NCBI GenBank assembly: GCA_964016885.1
Contig: OZ024744.1
Location: 88,474,001 to 88,538,000 of the forward strand
Direction: 5' to 3'
DNA from: Eledone cirrhosa
Lineage: Eukaryota
Length of the DNA: 64,000 nt
In this document: in pieces, positions 13,759 through 26,760 of the stretch
Layout of the letters: every line of letters begins with the position of its first letter
How positions within the stretch are numbered: the first letter of the stretch is position 1
Notes under the pieces: generated by a model
Told to the model about the DNA's origin: nothing
The model's input: only the letters and a program-made list of their open reading frames with translations
The model's database searches: none
Position numbers and translations under genes: made by a program

Positions 13759-13950
13759 GGGTAAAATTCCCGAGATCCATGGACGAGTTCTCTCCAGCGG
13801 TCTCTGTCCCTCATTATTGCTGCCATGTCCTGCGTCTCCAACAGACCAGTGTCTGTCCTTAGGGCATCAACATACGTTAACCTTGGTCTTCCTCTTCTAG
13901 TGTGTCCATGTAGGGGCTCCCAAAGGACCACTGAGTGCAATGTCAACTCT
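13754..13950 (-). mobile_element. RTE LINE 3' end
   Basis: VVLWEPLHGHTRRGRPRLTYVDAL..DTGL...[11 protein letters not shown]; same terminus at 20718 and 62848. Confidence 0.85.
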
Positions 13951-16152
13951 GTTAATGGATGGGTACAGTTTAACATTGATTTTGCTGTGAAAAGATGTGT
14001 GGAGATGATCATTGAGAGTGAGGTGGAGTTCTGGGACGTCGACACAGACGAACTGGGCCTCCTACTTAGACTTACCTACGACACTGACCACCTAGACAGC
14101 CATGACCTTAGATGTTTCTGCCCTAGTAGACCTATAAGAGGTAGACCCTCCCACCATAACCTCAATGGCAAAAAGACTCCCATGGGAAGGTGGATTGGGT
14201 GGACCAAAGCTATACGGACCCCCCAAAACAATGATCAGGTAAGAAAAATGGTCGCACATGCAATAGGGCTAGTATCAAAACTACCCTAAAGGGCCACATA
14301 TTTAAGTTCAACGAGAAAATCTACACCCAAAATGAGGGAGCAGCCATCGGCGTCAGCATAGCTGGTGATGTTGCCAACCTTTTCATGGTATGGTGGGAAA
14401 GGAGACTTAAAGATCTCCTTAATGAAAGCTCCATAGACCTCATTATGTACTCTCGTTATGTAGACGATATCAATATAGTTATAAGAACACCCCCACTAGA
14501 GAGCACTAACAAGTTTGATTTAGAACGTAGCACGATGGAAAGCATCCAACAGATAGCTAATTCCATACACCAGAGTATAACTGTAACTATCGACTTCCCT
14601 TCCAAACACCCTAACAATAGACTACCTGTATTAGACACAGAATTCTGGATTAACACTATAGACGAGAGAGCCCAAATTCTCCACTCACGCTATGCTAAAC
14701 CCATGGCCTCCAAATACCTGATACTCAAAAACTCAGCAATGTCCAGTAGTGCTAAGTTTAATATTCTGATCGCAGATTTGGCACGAGTGATGAAGAATGT
14801 GTCCCGCATGTGCGACCCAACAGAAATGGAAAGACACATCCAACACTTCATCAACCGCATGCAGTTCTCTGGCTACAACCAAAGAGAGAGAGTCAGAGTA
14901 TACGAAGGAGCCATGGAAAAGTATAAGACCCTCATAGAACTGGACATGAAAGGAATTTGCCCATTATACAGGAGCAAATCATGGAATAGCTTAGATAGGG
15001 CTAGACATAAGATAGGGAAAGCCGCCTCATGGTACGACAACCAGAGATACCAGAGTGTCATGTTTGTGGACGCCACCCCTGGAGGGAAATTAGCTAACCA
15101 GTGTAGAAAGGCCCTGAGAAAGACCCACTTAAAAATAAAGGTGGTAGAAAAGCCAGGAACCACCATAAAATCCCTGATCAGCAAAACCTACCCTTTTAAG
15201 AAAACCCACTGTACCAATAGGAAATGTATCATATGTAAGGTGAACCCCCGGATAAACTGTAAAACTAGAAACGTAGTCTATAGCATAAGATGTACAGAGG
15301 GTACTTGCAGAAACATGACAACAACATACATAGGTGAGACAGCTCGTAGCATAGGTGAAAGGATAGACCAACACTGGGGGGAACTAAAAGGACGAAAAAA
15401 CGGGTCAGTACAATACGAACATGCTAGACAACAACATGACGGTAACATAGACAACATAGAAATTAGAATAATATCTAAACATAGAAATGACCCAGCAGAT
15501 AGGCAAATCAGAGAGGCCGGTGAAATAGAAATTAGAAGACCAAAGCTAAACAGAAAGAATGAATGGAATAACAACAACACTCAAACAAACAACACTGACC
15601 TAAGAGAAGTATAAATAAGTAAATAAAATAAGATAAATAAATAAATAAATACATACACAAGCACAATAACAACAAGCATATAAACACACACTAGTCACCC
15701 ATCACACAGCAAACATAACACTATACACACACGCAAACGCATGCGCAAAGAAGACGAAATAAAATAAACAAACAAGCAAATAACTAAATAAATATATAGA
15801 TAGACTGAATAAAAATGGCGTAGACATACAACACAACAGGAGGAAAGTATAACACCACTGACGATGTTGCAGATGTGCAACGAAAGATTTATGATAAACT
15901 ATATATATGTGTTGTGTCTATATTGTATCTGTATTATTTTTGACCGTCGGTTAGTCAATGGCAACATTGAGGACCGAGTAAGTTAGATTACCGATATAAA
16001 AGACAGCGAGAAGCGAAAACCAACCAAACAGTGAGTGTGTTCTGTTATTAATTCTGGCAATATTACACAAATATGACCCTCCCCAAGTATAACAATATTT
16101 GTTTCGACACACGATTTCATATAAAAAACCTCGCAAAACTAATTCATCGCCG

Positions 16153-16153
<1 letters not shown>
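13950..16153 (+). mobile_element. 5'-truncated Penelope-like element (RT + GIY-YIG)
   Basis: FKFNEKIYTQNEGAAIG, YSRYVDD, LPVLD, VVYSIRC..YIGET.R...R; frameshift near 14285; hammerhead-like motif 15853-15896. Confidence 0.9.
14385..15614 (+). CDS. PLE reverse transcriptase C-half + GIY-YIG endonuclease (partial)
   Basis: YVDD catalytic motif; GIY-YIG signature. Confidence 0.85.
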   Translation: MVWWERRLKDLLNESSIDLIMYSRYVDDINIVIRTPPLESTNKFDLERSTMESIQQIANSIHQSITVTIDFPSKHPNNRLPVLDTEFWINTIDERAQILHSRYAKPMASKYLILKNSAMSSSAKFNILIADLARVMKNVSRMCDPTEMERHIQHFINRMQFSGYNQRERVRVYEGAMEKYKTLIELDMKGICPLYRSKSWNSLDRARHKIGKAASWYDNQRYQSVMFVDATPGGKLANQCRKALRKTHLKIKVVEKPGTTIKSLISKTYPFKKTHCTNRKCIICKVNPRINCKTRNVVYSIRCTEGTCRNMTTTYIGETARSIGERIDQHWGELKGRKNGSVQYEHARQQHDGNIDNIEIRIISKHRNDPADRQIREAGEIEIRRPKLNRKNEWNNNNTQTNNTDLREV

Positions 16154-16215
<62 letters not shown>

Positions 16216-16218
16216 TAT

Positions 16219-16346
16219 TTAGCCGTCGAAACGGCTTGAGCTCAGCTGTCGGGGTCTTACTGGTTCCTATTACCCACTCTACTACCTCAAGTATTGAGTA
16301 CTTTGGTGCGTTATGGTCCACCTGGTACCTTACCACATTTCCTTCG

Positions 16347-16348
<2 letters not shown>
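16219..16348 (+). mobile_element. Single-arm copy of the 10841/42352 mini family
   Basis: Reverse complement of 42352-42481; (AT)n on both sides. Confidence 0.75.
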
Positions 16349-16414
<66 letters not shown>

Positions 16415-16616
16415 TTAGTTATACTATTTATGGTTATGTAAATACAAAACCTTATGCATTTATAAGTATTTTTTATACACACCCTAAATAGTGGTAGGCA
16501 GTAATGTATTACTACCTTATTACCAGTAGTTAAGTAGCTCAATGTAAAAACATCAGATGATTTACAGAGCAGTTATATGAAATATAAGAATCAAAGAACT
16601 GTTCAAAACATTATTG

Positions 16617-16663
16617 TGCTTACAGCTGTTTGCTCCAAACCGAGGTTTGGATTCTTCGGAGCA
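16617..16663 (-). ncRNA. Hammerhead motif, degenerate copy (GAAA>CAAA)
   Basis: Mirror of 20613-20659. Confidence 0.55.
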
Positions 16664-18124
16664 ATTTATTAATGCATCGACAGTTATATGACCTCCTTTT
16701 CAGCCAAGAGACATACCGATACATATGCAAATATTGCGGGTCAACATTCATTACAAAATTTAGAGTGGCAGTACACACTTCGAGATTACATTCATATTAA
16801 GAGGTACAATCAAAAATCAAAAATACAGGTTAAAAATACAGGTTAAAATACAACAGGAGGATAAGCGGTTATATAGTTGAAATGTTATATGTGTGGCAAG
16901 CATGTGCGTCTTGTTTATATAGTGTGGCAGAAAGATATGTGTGGTAGAGGCACTTAGGTAGGTAAACAAGAGTGTTAGGTTGGTAGATCTGGTGGCAAAT
17001 TCTTTATATGATTGATATAGTCTGTGTGTGGAGAAATGTTATAAGCATTAAAAATAGTGCAAGCATTAAAAGTGTTAAAAGTATTGGAGATGCACAGCGA
17101 AGGGATGTCAAGTATTTCATGTACTTCGACATTTTCATGGTCAGGGGAGTGTATTTTTCGATTATATGGCCCTCACATAATCCACGACAATTCGATATTG
17201 AGCGTTTGGCAATCCAGTTAGAGAATCGTAGTCTGATGTTCTTTAGTTCAATACAGGAGGCTGTTACGTTTCGAAAAACGACATTGAATACCACCCGGAA
17301 GTGTGTGTGTGGCTAAGGGGAGTTAATGCATGCGGGGAGGTAACTCCGGGGTTTCTATACCTAGCTATTAAAATGTGTCACAATATAGGCCCTAATTTCT
17401 ATGGTGATGCGCATCCTCCAAAAAAATGTTTAAAGCATAAGGTGTATTAACTATAGAGTAGTTTAATTAAGTTATGCTGAAGGTGTTCATATTATTATGG
17501 TGGATTAACCCCCATCGTAAGGTGCCACAAATGGATATTATAGATGATGAGCGAGGATTCTAAATTAATGATCTCTGTGGTTGTAGTCTACTTTGGACCA
17601 GGCACGGTGAATGCAGGATTGCTTCAGGACCCAATGATCTCTGGTAAGTTCTGGGTCATCGCTTGCTACATTGGATGTCGAAAGATAATCATCTCCAGGC
17701 CGGCCAGAGGTCAATTCGCAGTCCTCACGACCCCTCTCTGACCGCCAGATCATCCATATATGTACAACCCGCACGCCAGTTGCAATGCATTCATTTTCTG
17801 CGCTCAGCATCCTGGTCCTACTGCTCAACAGCGTTACTAGATTAAATCGTTTTTCATCTGTCTAAGGAAGGTGCTTCCTCCGCACAACACTATCAAACCG
17901 ATCAATTCATGCTTAAATTACCTATAGAGCGGTGTAGTGCAGTTCAAGTGGGTGGATGTTGTCACACCTGACGTAGAGGTATAAATAGGTATTCTCCCCG
18001 CGAAGGGTTCCAGAGGGATGTCGTTGTTTGTGTTATATTAGATCAGTTAGTGTTGGGTAAGTAGTATAAGGTGTGCCTCTGGTGTTTGATGCTAGATGTG
18101 GTGTTTGGTTCAAGTCCGACATTG

Positions 18125-19860
18125 CTATATATTGGGCTTAAAGTTTTGGAAGGAATGTCTGAAGCGGTGCTGGCAAGTTGCAAACACCTCAGATTTTTTG
18201 TTAAGTAGGTTACGGTTGGAGAAGATAATATTGTGTGTCTCTAGTATACAGAGGTTACAAAATTTATTAGGTGGTTTGTACGAGGTCGCGCTGCCTATCA
18301 CTTCCCATTTGAGTGTGTATGGTTTATTTTTAGTTTTTAGATAGTGTATGTAGCTAGAAAGTGAGGTGGAGTTGGCTAGGCTGTGCTTTTTGAACGAGTG
18401 GATGTGCGAATTTTATCTGATTTTAAAGCAGTTAGAAGTGGAGCCTACATAGGTTTCTGAAGAGTTGCTAGTCGTGACGGTGCATGAGTATATGATATCC
18501 TTGGTTAGGCATTTTTTATCTAAAGGGCAGGTTCTATTAGCTCTACAGTTACAATTATCCTGTGCGTTAGTCTGCTGGTTATAATGCAGTGCGGAAGTCT
18601 GTGTGGTAGCTATAGGATTTTGGGCGTTCGGGTTGTCAACCCTGGTGTTATTACCTATACTAGTGTTATTTCTAATGTTACTGCCGTTGCTATGGTTGCT
18701 TGCTACAGAGGTATTTAGAGGGTTTGCATCCTGTTGTGATTTTGTTTGTTGGAAGTAAGAATTAATTTTAGTATTATTGCTGCTAGCTATGTGGTATGCT
18801 AAGTTAGGCGTCGTAGAGTATGAGATTTTAATGGTGTTTTTGTTTAAGAGGTTGTGGTACTTGTGTCCCAGAGGGAAGTTTTTATCTAGTAGTGAGAAGA
18901 AAGCCCTAGGTATGTTGGTGGAGACATTTACGTTGAAAGGAGGGTTGAAAAATGTATTATTTCTTCTTCTATTTTTGTTTTTAGTGTTTGGTGTGTTGCT
19001 TCTTCCTAAGGCACCACAGTAGTTTCCATGGTAATGGTTACTTCCGGTGGCACCCTCCGCTTTGGTGTACTTGTGGTTGCTATTCCTATTATTAGGTTTC
19101 CTCATGGACATGTTGTGCGAGATGATGTTGTAGCTATGTGTTTTCTTAGGTAGGAACTCAATTTCTATATTATCGCCGGAGCTAGCTAATGCTTGATTGT
19201 AATATTGTGAGTTTTTGCTAAATATGTTTGCGTCATAGGACAGACTAGAGATTCTATTGGACACCCCCTTAGAGATAGAGTTTAATATTGATCTAGGGTG
19301 ATTAGACTTGGTATCTACATAAATAAGTTTCTCGTTAGGCTTATGGAAAGGTGTATATATTTTTGAGTCTAGGTATAGTGTGGCATCTAGGAAGTTAACA
19401 TTTTTGGTGTTTTTGTCCATGGTGATACTAAGGTTAAAGTTTTTGAATGTCTTATGCAATTGTTTTCTAGTTCTTTCTATATTAATTTTTTTATATTCTA
19501 TAAGTAAAAGTGCATCATCGCGGTACAAACCACCGTTGAGGTAAGGGAGGTCCTTATGGATTTCATTGAGAAGGGATAGGCCGACCAAATCAGTGACCTG
19601 CGCCGAGTCACTAGATCCCATGGTTATGTCGAAGTTGTTGTGCGTATCCTTGCGTGTCCATAGTTGGTCCTCGAAGGTGATTATGGTTTTACGGGCCGCA
19701 AGGATGACATCAACCTGGGCTCTAGTCAGATCGCTATTGCTCATGGCCATGATAAGTGCCTTATTTAATAGGATAGGGGAAATAGAGGTGTAGTATGAAT
19801 TGATATCAAATTGAATAAATTTGTTGTCCTTATTATTCTTGATATCCTTGAACCATTCGT
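18125..19860 (-). pseudogene. Naiad-type RT + GIY-YIG with one premature TAA (18413)
   Basis: FIQFDI..YY, MGSSDSAQV.DLVG, GGLYRDD, CNCR...CPL...CL, IIY.C..YVGST; frame continues past the stop to FCNLCILE..LLNKKSE...CQH. Confidence 0.9.
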
Positions 19861-20612
19861 GATGCGCATCACCATAGAAATTAGGGCTTATATTGTGACA
19901 CATTTTAATAGCTAGGTATAGAAACCCCGGAGTTACCTCCCCGCATGCATTAACTCCCCTTAGCCACACACACAATTCCGGGTGGTATTCAATGTCGTTT
20001 TTCGAAACGTAACAGCCTCCTGTATTGAACTAAAGAACATCAGACTACGATTCTCTAACTGGATTGCCAAACGCTCAATATCGAATTGTCGTGGATTATG
20101 TGAGGGGCATATAATCGAAAAATACACTCCCCTGACCATGAAAATGTCGAAGTACATGAAATACTTGACATCCCTTCGCTGTGCATCTCCAATACTTTTA
20201 ACACTTTTAATGCTTGCACTATTTTTAATGCTTATAACATTTCTCCACACACAGACTATATCAATCATATAAAGAATTTGCCACCAGATCTACCAACCTA
20301 ACACTCTTGTTTACCTACCTAAGTGCCTCTACCACACATGTCTCTGTGCCACACTATATAAACAAGACGCACATGCTTGCCACACATATAACATTTCAAC
20401 TATATAACCGCTTATCCTCCTGCTGTATTTTAACCTGTATTTTTAACCTGTATTTTTGATTTTTGATTGTACCTCTTAATATGAATGTAATCTCGAAGTG
20501 TGTACTGCCACTCTAAATTTTGTAATGAATGTTGACCCGCAATATTTGCATATGTATCGGTATGTCTCTTGGCTGAAAAGGAGGTCATATGACTGTCGAT
20601 GCATTAATAAAT

Positions 20613-20659
20613 TGCTCCGAAGAATCCAAACCTCGGTTTGGAGGAAACAGCTGTAAGCA
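20613..20659 (+). ncRNA. Type I hammerhead ribozyme motif (CCGAAGA variant)
   Basis: tgct-CCGAAGA-tccaaac/gtttgga-GAAA-cagctgta-agca; palindromic helix III. Confidence 0.75.
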
Positions 20660-20717
20660 CAATAATGTTTTGAACAGTTCTTTGATTCTTATATTTCATA
20701 TATATATATATATATAT

Positions 20718-20782
20718 CTAGGGCGGGTAAAATTGCCGAGATCCATGGACGAGTTCTCTCCAGCGGTCTCTGTCCCTCATTA
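20718..20782 (-). mobile_element. RTE LINE extreme 3' end
   Basis: Near-identical to 62848-62912. Confidence 0.85.
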
Positions 20783-21480
20783 TGTGGGGAATGTGGAGTT
20801 ACCCCTTAGTTGTCATAACTCCCAGATTTGATCTGACCCGGAGTAGTAGTACCTGTTAGGGCCCCATTTATGGGTTAAATAATTGCCTTATTCGAGTGGC
20901 GCCGGTAAGGTATTGTCAGCCATTGAAAAGAACATGGATATATATATATATATATAAATCGGAATACTTTAGATAATTTACTTCTACATCACACTGAAAA
21001 GACGGCCAAGATATACTTAGAAGAAATTTGGTCATTTGTCGGCTCAATCGGGGTTAGCCTGAGATTCAACAACAACAACAACAACAGAAACTTAAAGTCA
21101 GCAACATCAATAAAAACAACATTTAAAGCAAAACACCAATAACAGTTTCTTTATTAGCCATGCAGGGCTGGCATTAACCAGGCATTAAAGACGCTACTGT
21201 ATGATACAGTGTGCTTTTTCCGGGTTTCTAATTGATGCACAAGCGCCAGCGATTTTGTGTAGCAGGGAAACCACGATTACACTAACATCCAGTACTTTAC
21301 TGATATTTTGTTTTATCGACAGGAGCCCCCACCGCCACCCATTCCATCCTTAGCCTATCCCTTGAAATGATAAAAAATTCGGTGGGATTTGGACACTGAG
21401 CGAAAATGGTAGTATCTAAATGCTGCAAAGCATTTAGTTTCACGCTCTAACGATTTCGCCATCCCAAATGTTCACGGAAA

Positions 21481-21521
21481 CAACAACAACGCCAACAACA
21501 ACAACGATGACGACGACGACG

Positions 21522-21596
<75 letters not shown>

Positions 21597-21650
21597 ACAA
21601 CAACAACAACAACATCGGCTACAAAACAACAACAAATACAACAACAGCAA
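21481..21650. repeat. (CAA)n microsatellite
   Basis: Direct reading. Confidence 0.95.
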
Positions 21651-22070
21651 TAGAGCAAGTACAACAGTAATAATAGCATCCTCAACAGAAGCAGTCGCTG
21701 CTGCATCTGTTGTGGTAACTTTGTTGTACTTTACACAATGTTGGTTGTTCCTGTTAATTAATGGTTTCTGATTTAGGCACAAGGCCAGCAATTTGGGGGG
21801 CGAGGGGAAAGTTTTTCTTTTCCTCATCACGGAAGACTTTCTCCTCTCCCAATCTAACAAGAGACCCAGGGGTAGACCCTAAGGAAGAGGGCTGGATAAC
21901 TATGCGCTTGGCTGGTCACGCTTGGGGATCCAGCTGCATCGGTTGGAGACGGTTGCTTCTGACAAGACTCGCTACTGCTGCTGCTTTTTTGCTGCTTCTG
22001 CTACTGCCGCCGTCTCCATCAGTGTTGTTGTTTATGTTCTTATTGTTGCTATTATTATTATTGCTATTAG

Positions 22071-23212
22071 GGCAGCCAATTGGCAGTATCGGTAGAGGCT
22101 CAAACGCCATGCTTTTCAGTTTAAAGTTACGGCCCCTTATGATCTGAGTTCAAATCCTGCCGAGATTAGCTTTGCCTTTCATCTTTACGGGGTCGATAAA
22201 ATAAAGCACCAGTAATGAACTGGGGTCGATTTAATCGATTTCCCCCTCCCCCAAAATTGCTGGCCTTGTGCCTATATAAGAAACCATTATTATTGCTGGA
22301 TTGGCAGTATCGGTAGAGGGTCTGACGCCATGCTTTGATGCATAGAGTTACGACCCTTGCCATTCTGAGTTCAAATCCCGGCGAGGTAAACTTTGCCTTT
22401 CAACCTTACAGGGTCGATAAAATAAGCACCAGTAACGCACTGGAGGCGATGTATCGACATCTACTCGCCCTAAAATGTTGGCCTTGTTCCTAAGGGTCGG
22501 GCACCATGCTTTGACGCATAGAGTTACGGCCCTTCCCATTCTGAGTATAAATTCCGCCGAGGTTAACTTTGCCTTTCATACTTACGGGGTCGATAAAATA
22601 AAGTACCAGTAATGCACTGAGGGATAATTGCTGGCCTTGTGCCAAAAGTAGAAACAATTATTGCTATTGAGTGGTTTTGCAGTATTGGTAAAGAGTCAGA
22701 CGCCATCCTGCACAGCAGGGAGTTATGGCTCTTTTGGTTCTGAGTTCAAATCCCACCGAGGTTAGTTTTGCCTTACATCTTTATGGGGTCGTTATCATAA
22801 AGTACCAGTAACGTACTGGAGTCGATTTAATCAGCTTCCCCCACCCCCACCAAATTTATTGGTCTTGTGCCTATACTAGAAATCATTATTATTAGATTGG
22901 CGGTGGATTGGCAGTATCGGTAGAGGGTCGGTCGCCATGCTTTCCAGCAAAGAGTTACGTCCCTTTACGATCTGAGTTCAAATCCCGCCGAGGTTGACTT
23001 TGCCTTTCATCCTTACGGGGGTCGATAAAATAAAGTACCAGCTAATTGCTGGCCTTGTGCCTAAAGTAGAAACAATTATTATTAGATTGGCAGTATCGGT
23101 AGAGAGTCGGACGCCATGCTGCCGAGGTTAACTTTGTCTTTCATCCTTACGTGGTCGATAAAATAAAGTACCAGTAATGGACTGGGTAATTGCTGGCCTT
23201 GTGCCAAAAGTA
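22071..23212 (+). mobile_element. Head-to-tail array of six SINEs
   Basis: Six ctttgcctttcatc..gtcgataaaataaagtacc cores; units start near 22071, 22295, 22493, 22668, 22898, 23085. Confidence 0.9.
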
Positions 23213-23299
23213 TTATTATTATTGCTATTTCTATTGTTGATATTGATGTTGATGTTTGTTCCCGCAATTGCCATGTTGTTGATAGTTTTACTCTTATTG

Positions 23300-23301
23300 C
23301 T

Positions 23302-23357
<56 letters not shown>

Positions 23358-23419
23358 GGTGGTAATATTTGTTGTTGTTCCTGTTAAAAGAATTGTAGTT
23401 ATTGTTACTATTCTTAATT

Positions 23420-23471
<52 letters not shown>

Positions 23472-23691
23472 GTTACTACTACTACAGCCGCTGCTGCTGC
23501 TGCTGCTGTTACTTCCACTACTACTACTGATTATGATGATGATGATGATAATGATGATGATGGTGGAGGTGGTGGTGGTGGTGGTGATGATGGTGGCGAT
23601 GATGGTAATGATGATGATGATGATAAAGATAATGATGATGATGATGATGATGTTGGTGGTGGTGGTGGTGGTGATCGTAATGATGATGATA

Positions 23692-23727
<36 letters not shown>

Positions 23728-24225
23728 GTAACGACGACGACGACGACGACGATGATGGTGGTGAGGATGATGGTGGTGATGATAGTGATGATGGTAATGA
23801 TGATAATGATGATAATGATGATGATGGTGGTGGTGGTGGTGATGTATGTGCTGGTGCTGGTGATGATGGTGATGATGGTGATGGTGGTGCTGGTGCTGGT
23901 GGTGGTGATGATGGTGATGATGATGATGATGATGGTTGTGGTGGTGGTGGTGCTGGTGGTGGTGATGATGGTGGTGATGATGGTGATAATGATGATGGTG
24001 GGGTGGTGGTGGTGGTGCTGCTGCTGCTGTTGTTGGTGGTGATGAATGGTGATGACGATGATGATGATACTACCTCTCTCTGCTGCTTTTACTGCAATTG
24101 CTGTTGCTGTTGCTGTTGCTGTTATTGCAGCTGCCATTGCTGTGGCCAATCCTGTTTTTCTTCATTTTTTTATTTTTTTATTTTTTTGGTTAGCGTTGGA
24201 CATTATAAATGCTATTGTTTTTAGT

Positions 24226-24264
<39 letters not shown>

Positions 24265-24265
24265 C
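23300..24265. repeat. Compound trinucleotide tract (GTA, CTA, GAT, GGT, GCT, GTT)
   Basis: Direct reading. Confidence 0.95.
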
Positions 24266-24462
24266 TAATTTATCTATTTATTTATTTATCTATTTATATA
24301 TTTGTCACATATCCTCTATGCTGAACACGTCATGAATTAAGTTCTCAAATTTCAAGTTACAACTCTTATATTAAGACACACCAAATTTTGAACAAAAACT
24401 ACCGACAAAAAAACAGCTGGCAATTGGCCTTTTTGTCTTCTTTCTTTCTTTCTTTCGTTCTT

Positions 24463-24498
<36 letters not shown>

Positions 24499-24605
24499 GG
24501 TTAGTTATATACTTCCCAGCGCGCACACACACACACACACACAAACACACACACTATATATATATATGTGTGTATATAAGTATATATATATGGGTATATA
24601 TACTT

Positions 24606-25492
24606 TAATGTCTCGTATAAAATAATACAATCGGCTATCCGCAAAATACATATAGTTAGCACCCCAAACGTAAAATTGGGATTATACTAAGGTATATCCT
24701 AATGTTTGTTGAGTGAGATGGAAGCCAGTCACAGTATAGCTTAAAGCTTTCTCTGTTAATGTATTAAATATTATACTCTTGATTTGGCCAGAGATGAATA
24801 TTTCCAGATACTTTTTAAGTGTAACTTTCCGTATTTATTATTGCTATGAAATATTGATTGTTATTCTGGTATCATATCTCTGTTTTTAGCCTAAGAAAAT
24901 ATCTATATGCGAGTATAAATAATACATGCTTATATTTATTTTTTTAAAAATCTAATTGAGTTCTTCACACGCACGGTTAAAATTATTGAAAAAATTAATT
25001 GACCCGCGTGCATATTATTTTATTATGTTTCGCGATGACCTCCCCTTTCCGCTTGAGGACAGTGTGAAATTTCTCATTCTGAGACTGCTGGAATTTTAAA
25101 TTTGGCGGTCATTCTGATACGGAGAGGGACCATCGATACGAGCATTGGATATCGGTAAGAAAAAGTTTTTTCTATATCTATGTTTGACGGGCATCCACTG
25201 ATGATTTATAAGTGCTCACCTGCATATATTCCTATGGACTATGTGCAGGCTTCTACATAACCTGGACACATTTTTCCCAACTTGTAGAAAACTTATAATG
25301 AAACAATTGTTTGGAAAGGGAGATGTATTTTAATTATGTCTCGTATAAAATAATACAACTGGCTATCCGCAAAATACATATAGTTAGCACCCCAAACGTA
25401 AAATTGGGATTATACTAAGGTATATCCTAATGTTTGTTGAGTGAGATGGAAGTCAGTTAGAGTATAGCTTAAAGCTTTCTCTTTTAATGTAT

Positions 25493-25499
<7 letters not shown>
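24606..25499. repeat. Unclassified element with about 165-bp direct repeat (24606-24771 / 25332-25499)
   Basis: Near-identical blocks; second copy stops at (AT)n while the first continues. Confidence 0.7.
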
Positions 25500-25557
<58 letters not shown>

Positions 25558-25562
25558 ATATA

Positions 25563-25602
<40 letters not shown>

Positions 25603-25705
25603 TACACACATACACACAGACAACCATACACACGCACTCACATACATTCACTCACACACGCACGGATATATATATGACCCCCCACCCCCCACCCATATAT
25701 ATATG

Positions 25706-25757
<52 letters not shown>

Positions 25758-25759
<2 letters not shown>

Positions 25760-26262
25760 AAAATGTTCGATCTACATGGCTGAATAAGACAAATGTAATC
25801 TGAGTTTTTCAAATATTAATAATTGTTTCTAATTTAGGCACAAGGCCAGCAATTATCCAATGCATTACTGGTACTTTATTTTATCGACCCCGTAAGGATG
25901 AAAGGCAAAGTCAACCTCGGCGGGATTTGAACTCAGATCGTAAAGGGACGTAACTATGCTGGAAAGCATGGCGTCCGACCCTCTACCGATACTGCCATTA
26001 ATAATAACATTCGATTCGTTTGCAATTATACAAACAAGCCTCAGTTTTATAGCCATGTCAGTAGAATGAAACCGCCATTCTTGCTCTTGTGTTGGTGAAG
26101 GGTGATACCCAGAAACATTAGTGACTGCAGTTCTGTTCGCATGCCAACGCAAGAGCAAGAATGACGGTTTCATTCTACTGACATGGCTATAAAACTGAGG
26201 CTTGTTTGTATAATTGCAAACGAATCGAATGTTATTATTAATATTCGAAAAACTCAGATTAC

Positions 26263-26267
<5 letters not shown>
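25758..26267. mobile_element. Asymmetric foldback mini-element with SINE inserted in left arm
   Basis: Arms 25791-25823 + 25997-26095 versus 26144-26267; tail 25758-25790; (AT)n flanks. Confidence 0.8.
25824..25996 (-). mobile_element. SINE with TSD attaataat
   Basis: Major family reverse complement; duplication restores the arm sequence. Confidence 0.9.
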
Positions 26268-26329
<62 letters not shown>

Positions 26330-26334
<5 letters not shown>

Positions 26335-26690
26335 AAGTTAAATAAAAAGTTAAATGATTAAAATTTAGCTTCGTTTATTACTGCTATATATATTTCAGTG
26401 CCAGCCATCTTTGGCTGTGACCTCTTCAGGCAGTTTGAATTAGTATGGTATAGACAAGTACATATGTTGTTGAGGTGTATAATAGTGTCAATACTCTGAT
26501 ATGTCCAGCTCCTGGTTGGGTTGTTATTTCACTCAGGAAGTGGAATCATATATATTTTAATCATTTGACTTTTTATTTCACTGTATTTTACACTACTCCG
26601 GAGTAACCAAACCAACCTGCGCACTTCGTCGAGTGCTCCAGCCTGCATATTGAGGTGTTGGTATACAACCAACATAAACTCAAAATCTAC
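26330..26690. mobile_element. Miniature PLE derivative (minus hammerhead arm + plus tail)
   Basis: Left part mirrors 27450-27545; right part matches 27555-27645. Confidence 0.7.
26380..26434 (-). ncRNA. Type I hammerhead ribozyme motif
   Basis: actgc-CTGAAGA-(cagcca/tggctg)-GAAA-tatatata-gcagt. Confidence 0.8.
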
Positions 26691-26760
26691 ACATATATAT
26701 ATATATATATATATACGTATATGCATATATATATATATATATATATATACGTATATATAT

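Larger units (their letters stand above)
16411..20702 (-). mobile_element. Naiad-type PLE, 5'-truncated, with 842-bp inverted duplication of its 3' end
   Basis: Arms 16574-17415 / 19861-20702 near-identical; tail 16411-16573 on left only; (AT)n flanks. Confidence 0.93.

Noticed and set aside
17004-17316. Duplicated 96/102-aa ORFs (also 19960-20272)
   Set aside because: They lie in the duplicated PLE 3' UTR arm and have no recognisable motifs
23082-24324. Long low-complexity ORFs (poly-I/T/M/V)
   Set aside because: Stop-free frames of trinucleotide microsatellites
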